In this document: positions 42,917 to 56,836 of the stretch, piece by piece
Numbering within the stretch: the first letter of the stretch is position 1
Layout: each line of letters begins with the position of its first letter
Assembly (NCBI GenBank): GCA_951406725.2
Contig: OX597814.1
Span: 146,506,001-146,570,000 of the forward strand
DNA: 64,000 nt
DNA from: Octopus vulgaris
Taxonomy: Eukaryota
Reading direction: 5' to 3'
Position numbers and translations under genes: made by a program
Notes under the pieces: generated by a model
What the model was told of the DNA's origin: nothing
The model's input: only the letters and a program-made list of their open reading frames with translations
Databases searched by the model: none

Positions 42917-43002
42917 ATTGTAGCAACTGTAGTAGCAAATGTAATTATTGTTGTTTCTTTAGCAGTAGTCTTTAAACTTGTTTCGTATCATTATTGTTAA
43001 AA

Positions 43003-43038
<36 letters not shown>

Positions 43039-44105
43039 TGTATGTATGTATGTATGTATGTATGTATGTATGTATGTGTATGTATGAGTGAGTTTAGATA
43101 CTATTAAAATATTTGCAAACAAAAACATAAAGCAGAACAAACGTTATTAGTTAAATTTGACTGTTTATTGAAGCAAATAAGCGGATGTTTCCAAAGCAAG
43201 AGAGCAACAGACTGGAACAAAGCAATTGCAGAGAAGAATATACAGAAACTGAGAAAAATTATATTGTAAAAGCATTCAAATGATACTTGTTATGTTTCAT
43301 CTTTTTACTTAATGTTTTTGTTTTACGGTTAATTCTCTCTACATATTTGAAGTTTCCTATTATACTTTACTTTGTGATTATAGATTTAATTAGGCTTCTA
43401 CAACAGTAATAAGTTTTTTGTGTAATATAGTTGAGTTTTATCAATTTTTTATGTAAAAATTGCTAATTGCTTTTATATATGCAAATCAAACACGATTTTA
43501 GTGATAGGAAATATTTCTACATGTTTTTATTCTTTGAGTACAAAGAGAGAATAAAATACTGCATTCGGCTCAGTGAAACACAAACCAGAGAATCAGTAGA
43601 TAATAATATCTGTACTGATCAGTAGATAAAACTACATGCTAAATTATTATATCAAAATGGTGTTGCGATATTCATCCTTTTCCAATTAGTATTCAATATC
43701 TAGGCTGAACTGAAATTTCTACTTATCACATTGGAATCTAGAACGTTTCATTATGTGTCTGGGTCTAAATCCACAACAGAAGCCAACAATGCAAAGTCTC
43801 CATGAAGAAGTAAGTTAGTAAGGGTTATAATGGTTCCCAGAAGTTTTGATAGAACGCTATTTGTCGATACCATCGACACCAATACTTGACTCCAAGTATA
43901 TTTTAACGAAACTAGAGATCAAAAAGGAAACTTGATTATAGGCGCAGGAGTGGCTGTGTGGTAAGTAGCTTCCTTACAGACCACATGGTTCCGGGTTCAG
44001 TCCCACTGCGTGGCATCTTGGGCAAGTGTCTTCTGCTATAACCTCTGGCCGACCAAAGCCTTGTGTGTGGATTCGGTAGACGGAAACTGAAACAAGCCCG
44101 TCGTA

Positions 44106-44137
<32 letters not shown>

Positions 44138-44138
44138 A

Positions 44139-44214
<76 letters not shown>

Positions 44215-44939
44215 GTGTGTGTGTTTGGCTGTCCCCTTACCATTGCTTGACAACCGAAGCTGGTGTGTTTATGAACCCCTCTTTTATCGGTTCGGCAATA
44301 GATATCGTTAGAATTCAAAATGGAAAGAATCGGAGGAAATACAGCTAAACATTTTGGCCCGCCTATTTAATAATGGTTTCATATTTTGGCACACGGCCAG
44401 CAATTTTAGGGGAGGAGTAAGTTGATTGCACCGATCCCAGTGCTCAGCTGATACCTATTTTATCGACTCCTAAAGGATGAAATGCAAACTCTACCTAAGC
44501 AGAATTTGAAATCAGTATGTGGATCCGGGCGAAATGTCGCTACACATTTTGCTCGGGGTGCTAACGATTCTGTTAGAGCTCCACCTTTCACCTCCTTTAT
44601 TATAATAATTGTCATCATGGTAACAATATTTTCCTTATTAACAACTAAGAGTTCACAATGATAATACTGAATAACACAATGTAAGGTTTACATAAAAGAG
44701 TATAATATTAAAATAACCGGAAAAAACAACTTTAAATATGAAATAATTCCCGAGAAACAGAACTCTGAATGCTTAGGATGCAAAAATCCCTTAAAACCGC
44801 GTCAACCTCAATATACGGGCGCATACATAGCAAGCATGTTCACCCCGACTTTCTTTGTCACATTTATAAATCTTTAAAAAAAATTCTGTGAGGTAGCACT
44901 TCCTCGCCCCCGACATTTTTCCTTTCGAGTGAATCTCAA

Positions 44940-45480
44940 GAGTTTTATGAGAGATTAGCCAAATCAGAAGGTAAATGTATTCATCCCATTAAGTCTTGTC
45001 CACCAAACAACCTCTGTTACCAAAGACACAGTCTAGATGAAAACTACCTCTTCATACTGGCCGAAGAGGCAGAGTGGTAAATTCGTCGGTCGATCTATAT
45101 GTAAGAGGAACCTTTCGACATCAACAAAATGCGCAGACACTGAATGTGTGCGTGCCGAATGATTTCGTTGACTGGTGTGTGGGACGCAAGATATTTAAAG
45201 ACTCAGATAGATAGCACTTTAACAACGAGCAGATATAACCTACATTGAAGAGAACTACCTGCTGAAAACCGGGTTGAGGACAGCCGCCAAATATCAATAG
45301 TCGACTTTATCAAAAGCTTTCGATTGGTGTAAGCTGATCAGAGCCCACCTATGCAACGTTTCTTAGTTACCATTTTTTGTGATATTTTGCATGAAGAGGA
45401 AGTTTTCGTGCGGTTTTATCTGTTTCGGGTGGCTCATACCTGCGCTTTGCCAGCCAGACACTCGAGGATAATTTAGAATG
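44940..45480 (+). mobile_element. Decayed LINE (RTE-like) RT fragment
   Basis: GTCGACTTTATCAAAAGCTTTCGAT at ~45300 gives VDFxKAFD with a frameshift, in a GC-richer segment. Confidence 0.4.
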
Positions 45481-48422
45481 CTGAAAGGCAGTATTCTAAC
45501 GAATAATACATGAAATCAATATAGAAAACAGAGCAAATCATAAGTTCATTCTTAACAATAAATACTACCGAAAATAGAAAGGCAAAATAACCCCCTGAAA
45601 ATATAACATCATGTGTTATGTTTTACTGTTAAATATTAAGCCTTAATCCTTCTAGCTTGCCAGGTAATATTTTGCAACATTTTACTCTGAAAAATATTCA
45701 ATTACGAAGACTAGAAAATGAAGGACTAGAAAATATTGATAATCCACCCATCCTCCAACTGAAAAAGGATTGTATTTATCACCAATTCAGGTATATAGGC
45801 AACTTCTAAAACATGAGAGTTATAACACATTATCTATTGTAAACTACAACAAAATATTGTAAAAAGTAATGTTTTAGAATAGTGCAGACCACAAAACAAC
45901 ATACATTCAAGTAAACCAAGGAATATATAACTGAGAATTGTAAGAGTGTAAAAGCACTCACAACACATACACTGGACAAAATGAAACATAATCTACATAT
46001 AGTATTTGAAAATGCTGTACTAAAACAGTAATTAGAAAACTGGCCACCTAATCATATAACTCTGAACTATGCGGATAATATGTAAACAAAATGCATCTTA
46101 GCATTGCACAGTATACATAAAAGTGAAAACATTATTGAATATGATTGAATTATAGCCAACCCCATCAATGGAACCAATATAAAACGTGTACTGAAAGTAA
46201 CTGCGATAAACAATGTCAAAACATTGGAAGATTTGGAAGAAGCAAATAAATATATTACGTTAATTCAACACATCAGTTCATTAATTACAGTCCCAAGATA
46301 ACGCACACAATTGCTGGCCAATATGAAATAGAGAATCCCCAAACCATATATATGTCTAAATCAGCAGCCAATAAAATAGCATACCCCAAGAAAAAATTAT
46401 CGATATTTTTGAATCTGTTGAGTGACAAACATTTAAGATTTTATGCTCATTTATGTACCGCTGATATTCGCATTAATAACGAAATAAATATCATGCGAAC
46501 ACATTAACGGTGAATAGACGCATTTATCACTTATAGGAGGAATTAAGTCCCATACCCCTTCATAAAAAAAAACAATGCAAATATATATTTCAATTTTGGG
46601 ATGTGCAGAACTAGTTTAATTTAACTTAGAGGAAGTATGAAAATAGCAGAGTGAAAAATAATTATTTAAGAAATGTACACACACACACAAAAAGAAAGAA
46701 AATAGTAAATTACCACTCCTGAATTCGAACACGGAAAAGAGAATGTGTCCATAAACTCCATGCAAATTGTTCTGCAACAAACTCAGAAGAAATGGTAATA
46801 CAAAAAATACACGTTAAACATTTTGTAGACAAAATAAATATAATATAACAGCCATTTTGTATTCCCAAACGAGAAACAATTTAAAAAAAAATATCTCTTC
46901 AAACAGGACATGATGAAAATGTACAATAACAACAGAAATAAAATGCAATGTAAATGAAAAAAAATAAAGGTAAAAAAGGACCAATGCAAATAGCGAAGAA
47001 AGTAAGATTAAATGTTTAAATTCTAAGGGTGCAAGATAGAATGATAGACAAGTCCGGCAAAATTACGCCAAAGCTTACCCATATCAATGAAGTGAGATAG
47101 TAATTGTCTTCTATTTACTTGAAAACTTTTACTTCCAGATTTAAACTCTACCGAAATATATTTATTCCGCCCATTACCACAGGGTTCTTAAAATTGAGAA
47201 CTATTTAATTACTGTGGTGTATATGAACACTTTGTCCTGCATAACGTTTTACCATATGCTCATGAAATGATTTAACATTACGAGAAGAAATTAATATAAA
47301 GAATTCTGTAATACAAACATTTAATATGATGATTATTGAATAAGGCGTCAAGCTGTAGGGTAAAATACTTCACGGTATTTCATCCGGCTTTACTTTATGA
47401 GTTCCAATTCCAGCGAGGTCGACATTGCCTCGATAAAATGAGTTGAGCTCTGGTGTTCATGTAATCAACTTACCTCTTTTCTCGAAAATGTTGGCTTTCT
47501 GTCGAAATTTGAAATAAAAATTATGATTGTGGATTGCTACTAATTTTACACAATATTTCCATGACAGCGGATTTAATGGAACATGGAGAAATTTCTTACG
47601 ATAATTGTGTGAAATTATTGCATTCTCAGATCGAATATCACCAAACTCGCCAGAGATTTTCATTTTCCTGAATTAATGACGTATAGGAATAGTATAATAG
47701 CATGGAAGAGCACACATTCTTTTTCGGGCTTCGCAAGATCAACAACATTGTACTATGAAAAGGACGCTAATGCGCTCTCCACTGGACCCATTTTCTGCAA
47801 AATAGCAACTTTTGAAGGTGGCTCATCGGAAGTCTGCTGGAAATGGTATTTGAGGAGTAGGAGTCAGTGGATATTTCCATTGAATTACGATACCATATAT
47901 CAATAGTGCATTTCACAATTCCGGGTCTTGCGAATAAGTAATATTTAAGGACAATGGTTGATAAGATCGACAGTTCTCTATTTCAAAATATGCGGGCTTG
48001 CACCTCTGAGAGTAATCGATAATATTTTTACGAATATTATGAAATGTATTTGCCCATATCTTACATTATATTTTTGTTTGCTGCTTTCCCTTTCTACTAA
48101 TTCATTTTTTTTTCTATCGTTTTATCTCATGTATTCATTTGATTACATTGCTGAGGAAAACACGATTAATGAAAACAAATAATGAACGGGACGTTGAGTT
48201 TTTGATCAAATTAACATTACTTGTTTTTTAATATTTTATATATAATTTTGAATTTATTTATATTTCGCACATATTACCACAAATTAAGAATAGTACACAT
48301 ATACACACAGTATTCACCCTCAAACAAAATCACTTACACATATATCTATACAGACACATAAAAGAACACACAGATGTATATGCCCATATGTGTACATGTT
48401 TGCGTTAGGGTATAAATGTATG

Positions 48423-48459
<37 letters not shown>

Positions 48460-48487
48460 GCATATATATATATACCCTATATATGTG

Positions 48488-48527
<40 letters not shown>

Positions 48528-48566
48528 AATGTGCATTTATATATATATATACATATATGTATATAT

Positions 48567-48605
<39 letters not shown>

Positions 48606-49701
48606 CATGTGTCTATATAAGTGCTTATGTATAGTGTATGGATGAATGTATGGGTGAGTGTATGTTGAACATGGAAAATAACAAGTACAACGTAAAAGAC
48701 AAGAAGTCAATATCATAAACATTATAGTGGAAAATAAATGAATAGAGCTTCATACCCAGCATTAAAAAAAAACATGGAAATTATATATAAAAAAAATCAG
48801 CTTAAATAATATAGAAGAGAAATGAAAGTGAAAAAAAATGAGCAAACGGATGAATGAATTAAAAATAAAATAAAATTAAAAGAAAACGATGTCTTATCGA
48901 GCGTAAATCGAAATTTTTATTTATTTGTTTTTTTACTGATACCCAAAAGCAAAGTGAAGAAATCAATGTTTAAAATATCGATTTTACGGCAAATATAATT
49001 AGTATTTATTTTTCGTGTTTTCTTTAAAAATTTTTGTGCGATATCATTTTTGTATATGTTTTTGTTCTTGCAGTTGTTTTTGATTTTGATGCGATAATAA
49101 AATCTAATTGGAAGAGCTCTATGATGATCTTACCAAACCTTGGCTTAATTGCATTTGGTTTTATTATTATGACTTATTATTATTGTTATATGATCATTAT
49201 TTTTATGTTGTTATTAATTTATGCATTACTTTTATTGTTAATCTTATTATTATGTTGGTAATGTTGAATTATACTTTTACAGTTTTGTTATACTTTACAG
49301 TGTATGTATTTATATTTCCTTCTATGCAGTTGTATTCTTAGTTTTCTAAAATTCTGACGGGTCATTTTGGTGTTGTTTGGGTGTTGGCGGTATAGACGCC
49401 TGTATTTATTTACATATTTGTTGTATGTATTTGCATATTTAGTTATTCATTATTTTTCTACTTGATAATTTATTGTATGCAATATTGTTATTTAAATATT
49501 TTGATTTGGAAATTTCCCTACGGTTTGCAGCCAGTAAATGCACTGATACTTAAATATACGATTTGCAAACACACATGTACACTTATAAAACATATATGCA
49601 CATAAACACTTATTATGGTATTAATCTTTTGCTCTCTACATATAAATCGATATAATTCTCTATTTATCTAACTCTCTCTTTCTTTCTTACTGTTCATCAA
49701 T

Positions 49702-49930
<229 letters not shown>

Positions 49931-50346
49931 TTGACCTGCTCGCTTAGCCAGCGGGTGGCGTCATTCGAAGGCTAAAACAATGCGAACGCATTGTGACCAG
50001 CGATGTGTAAAAACATCTGATGGTCTGATCGGTCACGTGCTCACGTGATATATATATATAGTAATATATGGGGCAAACACCTCGAAACTAGCCTGTTGGT
50101 GCCAGACCAACAAGGGGAAGCGGCTGACCTCCCCTGTTCCAAGGTTATAGTGGTCACAGGTTCGTGTGTCACGTAGCTAGCTGGAGGCGATGGCTTCTTG
50201 GGGCGAATCAACGGCAGCATTCGTTCCATTTTTGTGGATTGCGATGTTAGCTTAACTATTAATATCGATGTTAGCGATAACTATTAATATCCAGTACTGC
50301 TGCCATAGTCTCCTTTAGGAAGACTTACAAATATATATATATATAT

Positions 50347-50816
50347 ACGAGCAAAACGCCAGCCGTCCAATGGACGGTGGTGAATTGTCATACATTTAAA
50401 CCAAATATTCTCAAAACAACTTGTCCGACCGTCCCATAGGCCTCCCATTTGAGAAACACTGATTTAAACCAAATTTGAGACACCAGCAAAAGAAGAATTG
50501 ACGATAGTCTTTTTTCTATTCCAAAGAAAAATAACTTCCCATGGCTTTATCGATCGCATTCTCACCTGGAATCGATTTTGTAATTTTTTCAAGACTTATA
50601 CACACCCTGATACAGTCCGTATCTACATAACAAATTTGAGCGCACTCGGATGGAGGATGCTCGAGATCCGAAAAGACAAACACACAGACAGACAGAACGG
50701 ATTTTATATAAAGACGGTTCTGAATTACCATAGAAAGTGCGAGCCCTCTAACTGAAAAATTGTGGATTTGTATAGAGGAAACGCACACAGACATTTTGCC
50801 GTTTACATATATAGAG
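50347..50816 (-). mobile_element. Helitron-like element D with two 5'-type termini
   Basis: Minus strand shows TCTCTATATATGTAAACGGCAAAATGTCTG (~50816) and TCTTTATATAAAATCCGTTCTGTCTGTCTG (~50714). There is a 3' hairpin CCGTCCA/TGGACGG and a CTCG (CTAG variant) end at (TA)n. Confidence 0.5.
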
Positions 50817-50880
50817 ACAAACTGTGAATTTTATTCCTTTTAAACTGTAAAATTTCGCCGTCTTAAATACTCATATCTTG

Positions 50881-50954
50881 TCTCTGATAAAGGAATACCC
50901 AGTGCACAGACATGCTAACCAACCACTTGGGTTATCCCCAAAACAGCTGTAAGA
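50881..50954 (+). ncRNA. Degenerate Penelope-type hammerhead
   Basis: Reads TCT-CTGATAA-aggaatacccagtg..cacttgggttatcccc-AAAA-CAGCTG-TA-AGA. Stems I and II and the palindromic stem III are preserved, but there are two G>A core mutations. It lies in a pLTR-like segment (~50815-51190). Confidence 0.55.
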
Positions 50955-51222
50955 ATTCAAATTCACCTTACTCTTATTAAATTATTCTAAATGACTTAGG
51001 TTTGATTTTTCTTCTAATATAATATATAAATGCGATAGCGGAATCTTAACATGGATCGCGCGATCGAGACTTAGTTGTCACTTTGAAGTCTACTGGTCGA
51101 GCCACTATAGTACTTATTGAGCGTACCTATTCTTTTAGATCACAAGTGAATTAAGCCCCTCATATTCTCTATTATTGTCCTTCAGAGCACTTTATATATA
51201 TATGTGTATATGTGTATGTAAA

Positions 51223-51257
<35 letters not shown>

Positions 51258-51420
51258 CAGGCTTATTTCAGTTTCCGTCTACCAAATCCTCTCATAAGGC
51301 TTTGGTCGGCCGAAGGCTATAGTAGAAGATACATGCCCAAGGTGCAACACAGTGGGACTGAACAGGGAACCATGTGGTTCGTAATCAAGGCACTTACCAC
51401 TCAGCCTCTCCTGCGGGTAC

Positions 51421-51469
<49 letters not shown>

Positions 51470-51985
51470 AGCAGAGACTAAGATAGAGAGGGAAAGATAG
51501 AAGGAGAAATATATGCATTTACATACATATGCATTAGTATATATACAGGTATGTATGATTAGGGAGAATGGATTCATTAGATATATTAGGGCAACAGGTA
51601 TCTTCCAGTTCCATCTTTTTCATTAGGTGTTTCATGTATCCGTATAAGACTAACATAGTTTAGTTTATTTTTATCAATGTTTTGAGGCACCTCTGTCAAC
51701 GTCTGACGAACTGATGAATTCTGCATTGAGTATTTTGCAATGTGGTCGAGTTTCAGTGACGCACACTTCCCCGCCTTATGCTGATCCTTAATGATCAACG
51801 ATATTCATCATGTATATTGACCGTTAATGTAACACGCAATCATTCGCGCCATACACAGTTTTTCTCCGTGTGTATGCTGTCGGTTTGTTTAATTCAGGTT
51901 TGCTTTGAGATACAATTACTCCTTGTTTATTTAACTGTAAATGCTTCATGGAAATTTCATGTTATGACTATATTTTATACTAATA

Positions 51986-52215
51986 AGGCGGTGAGCTGGC
52001 AGAAACGTTAGTACGCCGGATGAAATGCGTAGCCGTATTTCGTCTGTCGTTACGTTCTGAGTTCAAATTCTGCCGAGGTCGACTTTGCCTTTCATCCTTT
52101 CGGGATCGATAAATTAAGTACTAGTTACGCACTGGGGTCGATATAATCGACTGGATCCGTTTGTCTGTCCTTGCTTGTCCTTTCTGTGTTTAGCCTCTTG
52201 TGGGCAGTAAAGAAA
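51986..52215 (+). mobile_element. SINE family A; further copies at ~6925-7134(-), 10500-10680(+), 15120-15280(+), 27475-27790(+), 31360-31556(+), 44375-44590(-), 47343-47510(+), 58631-58840(+), 61790-61980(+)
   Basis: Head AGGCGGTGAGCTGGCAGAAACGTTAG (A-box-like), GAGTTCAAATTC (B-box), then the conserved GTCGACTTTGCCTTTCATCCTTTCGGG core. Confidence 0.88.
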
Positions 52216-52524
52216 TATGTATTTTCTATTAATATTTTCATATGTCGGTTTGTTTTATGGAGTGTGATGTATTGCCTTGCATTATAACTTACTCTTTTAC
52301 TTATTTCAGTCATTTGGCTGCCACCATGCTGGTGCACCGGCTTTAGTCAAGCACAGCGACCCCAGAACTTATCCTTTGTAAGCCTAGTAATTATTCTATC
52401 GGTCTCTTTTGCCGAACTGCTAATGTTACGGGGACGTAAACACACCAGCATCGATTGTCAAGCGATGTTGGGTGGGGGAGACAAACACAGACACCCAAAC
52501 AGACAGACAGACAGACAGACACAA

Positions 52525-52557
<33 letters not shown>

Positions 52558-53333
52558 GATATATATATGCATAGTCGGGCTTCGTTCAGTTTCCGTCTAC
52601 CGAATCCACTCACAAGGCTTTTTTTGGCCCCTGGCTACAGTAGAAGATACTTGCCCAAGGTGCCACGCAGTGAGACTGGATCCGGAACCCTGTAGTTCGT
52701 AAGGAGGCAACTTACCACACAGCCACTCCTACGTCTACATATGTATCCATACATGATGAAACTGACAATAAATGTGTTTGTGTAGATAACAAATTATGGA
52801 GTGTATAACATTTGATGATACAATCATAATAAATTATTCCCTACTAGTTGTAAGGTGTGGTTGAAAAGCATACCATTAAAATTCGTATTGTAAATAATAT
52901 CAAAATTTTTCCTGAATTCTCTCAGAATGTTAGTGAATAAAATTAACATTGACTAAGTTGGGTCAAATATGGCCGATGATTTCATGCACAATATCCCTAT
53001 AGGTTTTATTCCAGTACATGGGGATTTTCACTGCAGTTTATTCGAAATTAAAAGTAACATGTTTTGACTGTAAGCTCGTAATACATTTTCTCACACACTT
53101 AAGAAAATTAGTTGCAGACCCCCTCGACGCACACACAGATCACATACACACACACATACATAAACACGTACCCCCACACGTCTATATATGTATATGTGTT
53201 AGTAAGTAGCGTGTGTGTATGTTTTGTTGCACGTGTGTGTATATATGTAATCAGCTTGGGTGCATTATATAAGTATACTGAATTATTAGTGTATTAAACT
53301 TTTCAATCAATTAAGTGTTTTCTAGTTCCACCG

Positions 53334-53430
<97 letters not shown>

Positions 53431-53899
53431 AAAAAAAAAAGACTTGGAGTCATTGTTCCTATGTATCCTGAAGACAGTGATGTAGAAATAGCCAACTTTC
53501 TAAGATCTTCCGTGCACAAATTCCTGATGTTCTGACACTATTAGGTGACTGCACTTACTACATCAGTTTCAAAACTTTGAATATGAACTTAGAACTGCAA
53601 CAAGGTCCTCCACTAAAGATCGTCAGTTCTCAGCGTGGACTGTCAAAAGTGTTGTGCACGAGGAAATTCACTAAAAGCTATTATTATTGAGGATAATTTA
53701 ATTCATATTTGCAAAAAAAAAAAAAAAACACGGAAAAAGTATTTGATCCGTGCCAACCAGTTCCTTAACGAATGTAAACACACACGCAAACTTAGCATGC
53801 TTTGTATTATCTATGATGACAGAAAATTTACCTAAGAAATAAAGACTATGAGGATAAAAGTGAAATGGTTCTTTGCTTATCTTTTTAATAATCCAAGAG

Positions 53900-54460
53900 T
53901 CATTCGTACTGAATTGGCAGCAACAATGATGTGGGTAGATGACTAATGACGATCATGACATCTTTCCACAGGATCTTAGAATTTATACTTTTGGATACGT
54001 TGTTATGCTGGAGACAATTGCTACGCCCTGAAAGATGAAGTATGTAGCAAAAAGGCATGTAATGCCTCAACAAACTAGACACACATCCATAAAGTCCGCG
54101 TATCACGAGAAAAGATCTCAGACAATATTTATGATCTCGTATCACCAAAGTTGTGGCCTCCAAACTCTCCACATTTAAATCGCATGGACTACTACGTTTG
54201 CATTATTGTTAAAAGAATTATTGACTCCCTCACAATACAATAGCTTCACTGAAGACCATCATTGTCAGGATGATGTTCGAAATATATAAGGGCCATATAA
54301 TAACGGCATGACAAAGGATTCTAGTCCCGTATTGAAGCTCAAGTTGGATGCATAGAATAATTTGATAACAAAGTTCACCGAAAACGATGAAACACGCTAT
54401 TACCTATTTATAAAATACATTTGGGTTTTGGTAGACTTCTATTCAATTGCCAAATGTTTT
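53900..54460 (+). mobile_element. mariner/maT-like transposase 3' remnant
   Basis: KLWPPNSPHLNRMDYYV at ~54148-54198, followed by HNTIASLKT. Confidence 0.75.
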
Positions 54461-55353
54461 CACATACCAGTCTCATAGTGTGTGTGTGTGTGTGTGTGTG
54501 AAGCATTGAGTGGTGTAAGTAAGAAAGAGAAAGTGAAAGTTAAATCAACGTGGTAAGTGACATGACAATAAAATTGAAACGAGACTATCTGTTTAAAAGT
54601 AAAATCAATACTAAATACATTCATTCAGATATCGTAAATTTTTTATCTGAACAGGTTTAGCTTCTATGCCAACACACTTACGATCTTGGACACAGATATG
54701 GTTTCAGTAAGGTTGTCAGGTTGTATGCTACTCGAATTTGGCCACACTAATTAGAGACAATTCACGTATTTTCCGTACCTGCGAATATAATTAACATATT
54801 AGTAATCACTGAACATTGCTTTACTCTCGGGATGTATGGAATTTTCGATACAGTTCATTCGTCGGTATTAATGTTACATTAAATCAAATAGCAGTGATAG
54901 TTTATATTTTCAAATTGCTATTGGAATTATCTGGCTTCCGTTGTTGATACTGTTTAAGTTTAAGGAATACTTAAAAAAATTATAAGCCGACTTGTATTCT
55001 ATTGAGAATTTACTAATTATTTCTGGTAATTACCTTCTCTTGTCATTGAGAATACCTTCCTATCATGTTTTGGTTTTAGTCTACCTTCTACGTTAAGAGG
55101 TATATTGTAGTAAATTGAACGTCTATCGTGTACGACCTCGAGTCTACACTCTGGCGATTACAGGCATAATTGTTCACACGCATACAGAAGAGTATGTGTG
55201 TACATATGCATATTACAGGGATGTATTTACGTGTATACACACACATACGTACATACACATACTTACACGCACGCACACACATACACACACACACACACAC
55301 ACACATATGCATATATTTGTATCGGTCACTCGACTGTAGCCATGCTATGGCTT

Positions 55354-55387
<34 letters not shown>

Positions 55388-55388
<1 letters not shown>

Positions 55389-56760
55389 TTCAACAATTGA
55401 GGGTAAAATTAATTAATTATTAATCAATTTCACCAAGTGTTCAGTATGCAAAGGGACCATTTAAGGCGAATTCAAATTATTACAATATATAAAAGGGCTT
55501 AGTAAAATAAATTACTTTGCCGCATACTGAACTCATTAGAAATAGCAGCTAAAAAACTTTTTTAAAAACCATTTCTAATACTTAAAGAAAATCTCTCTCA
55601 TATAGTGCTTGCTCAACTCAACTCACGAAAGTTTGGGGTACAGACATCAAAAAATCAAATGCAAAGGTTATTTGAGAACGTACGTTTCAAGATTAGTCAA
55701 CACGACACTTCTATCATCAGCTCAGAAACTCCTTGGTTTGGATTTGAAAACACTGAAAGTGAGAGCATACTCTTTCGGCTTCTCATCGCTTTCGAAGATC
55801 TGCTCGTAACTAAAAGTGCCAACAAACTCAAACATGCAAGTGAAGAATTTCTGTTCTCCCCTTTCCACCAGCGTGGGTTAAAATCAGCAAACACTCTGCT
55901 TATTTCGGTAAAATCCGAAGCATTAATTAGAGGGAGATTAATTATAATTTCAACAATTGAGGGTAAAATTAATTAATTATTAATCAATTTCACCAAGTGT
56001 TCAGTATGCAAAGGGACCATTTAAGGCGAATTCAAATTATTACAATATATAAAAGGGCTTAGTAAAATAAATTACTTTGCCGCATACTGAACTCATTAGA
56101 AATAGCAGCTAAAAAACTTTTTTAAAAACCATTTCTAATACTTAAAGAAAATCTCTCTCATATAGTGCTTGCTCAACTCAACTCACGAAAGTTTGGGGGT
56201 ACAGACATCAAAAAATCAAATGCAAAGGTTATTTGAGAACGTACGTTTCAATATTAGTCAACACGACACTTCTATCATCAGCTCAGAAACTCCTTGGTTT
56301 GGATTTGAAAACACTGAAAGTGAGAGCATACTCTTTCGGCTTCTCATCGCTTTCGAAGATCTGCTCGTAACTAACAGTGCCAACAAACTCAAACATGCAA
56401 GTGAAGAATTTCTGTTCTCCCCTTTCCACCAGCGTGGGTTAAAATCAGCAAACACTCTGCTTATTTCGGTAAAATCCGAAGCATTAATTAGAGGGAGATT
56501 AATTATAATTTCAACAATTGAGGGTAAAATTAATTAATTATTAATCAATTTCACCAAGTGTTCAGTATGCAAAGGGACCATTTAAGGCGAATTCAAATTA
56601 TTACAATATATAAAAGAGCTTAGTAAAATAAATTACTTTGCCGCATACTGAACTCATTAGAAATAGCAGAAGTATTAGAAATGGTTTTTAAAAAGTTTTT
56701 TAGCTGCTATTTCTAATGAGTTCAGTATGCGGCAAAGTAATTTATTTTACTAAGCCCTTT

Positions 56761-56768
<8 letters not shown>
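55388..56768 (-). mobile_element. Penelope-like pLTR / retrozyme-type tandem array: 2.3 direct copies of a 560-561-bp unit plus a ~100-bp inverted terminal copy, in (TA)n
   Basis: The marker CAACAATTGAGGG recurs at 55391, 55951 and 56512, and the copies differ at only ~3-4 positions. 56670-56768 is the reverse complement of ~55485-55583. Each full unit holds a minus-strand hammerhead-like core. The motif TTAGAAATAGCAGC is shared with the Penelope remnant at ~5364. Confidence 0.75.
55673..55724 (-). ncRNA. Minimal type-I hammerhead-like motif (copy 1; copy 2 at 56234-56285)
   Basis: Minus strand reads TGAG-CTGATGA-tagaagtgtcgtgttgactaatctt-GAAA-CGTACG-TT-CTCA: 4-bp stem I, intact core and palindromic stem III. 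The stem II closing pair is mismatched. Confidence 0.55.

Positions 56769-56836
<68 letters not shown>

Noticed and set aside
42657-43000. Poly-L/poly-I 'membrane protein' ORFs; likewise all YIYI, CVCV, THTH and YLSI ORFs
   Set aside because: Translations of simple repeats.
45760-45835. GIY-YIG-like CIY..YIG trace
   Set aside because: Too short and without supporting RT motifs nearby.
53467-53495. CTGAAGA..GAAA hammerhead-like words (also at ~13586, ~9449, ~60110)
   Set aside because: No pairable stems or no correctly placed GAAA/NUH.
55605-56537. Duplicated 122-123 aa ORFs in the tandem array
   Set aside because: No recognisable domain, non-ATG starts, the N-termini differ by a frameshift between copies, and they are antisense to the hammerhead strand.
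55388-56669. CRISPR array or satellite DNA
   Set aside because: No short repeat/unique spacer pattern, eukaryotic context, and only 2.3 long units.
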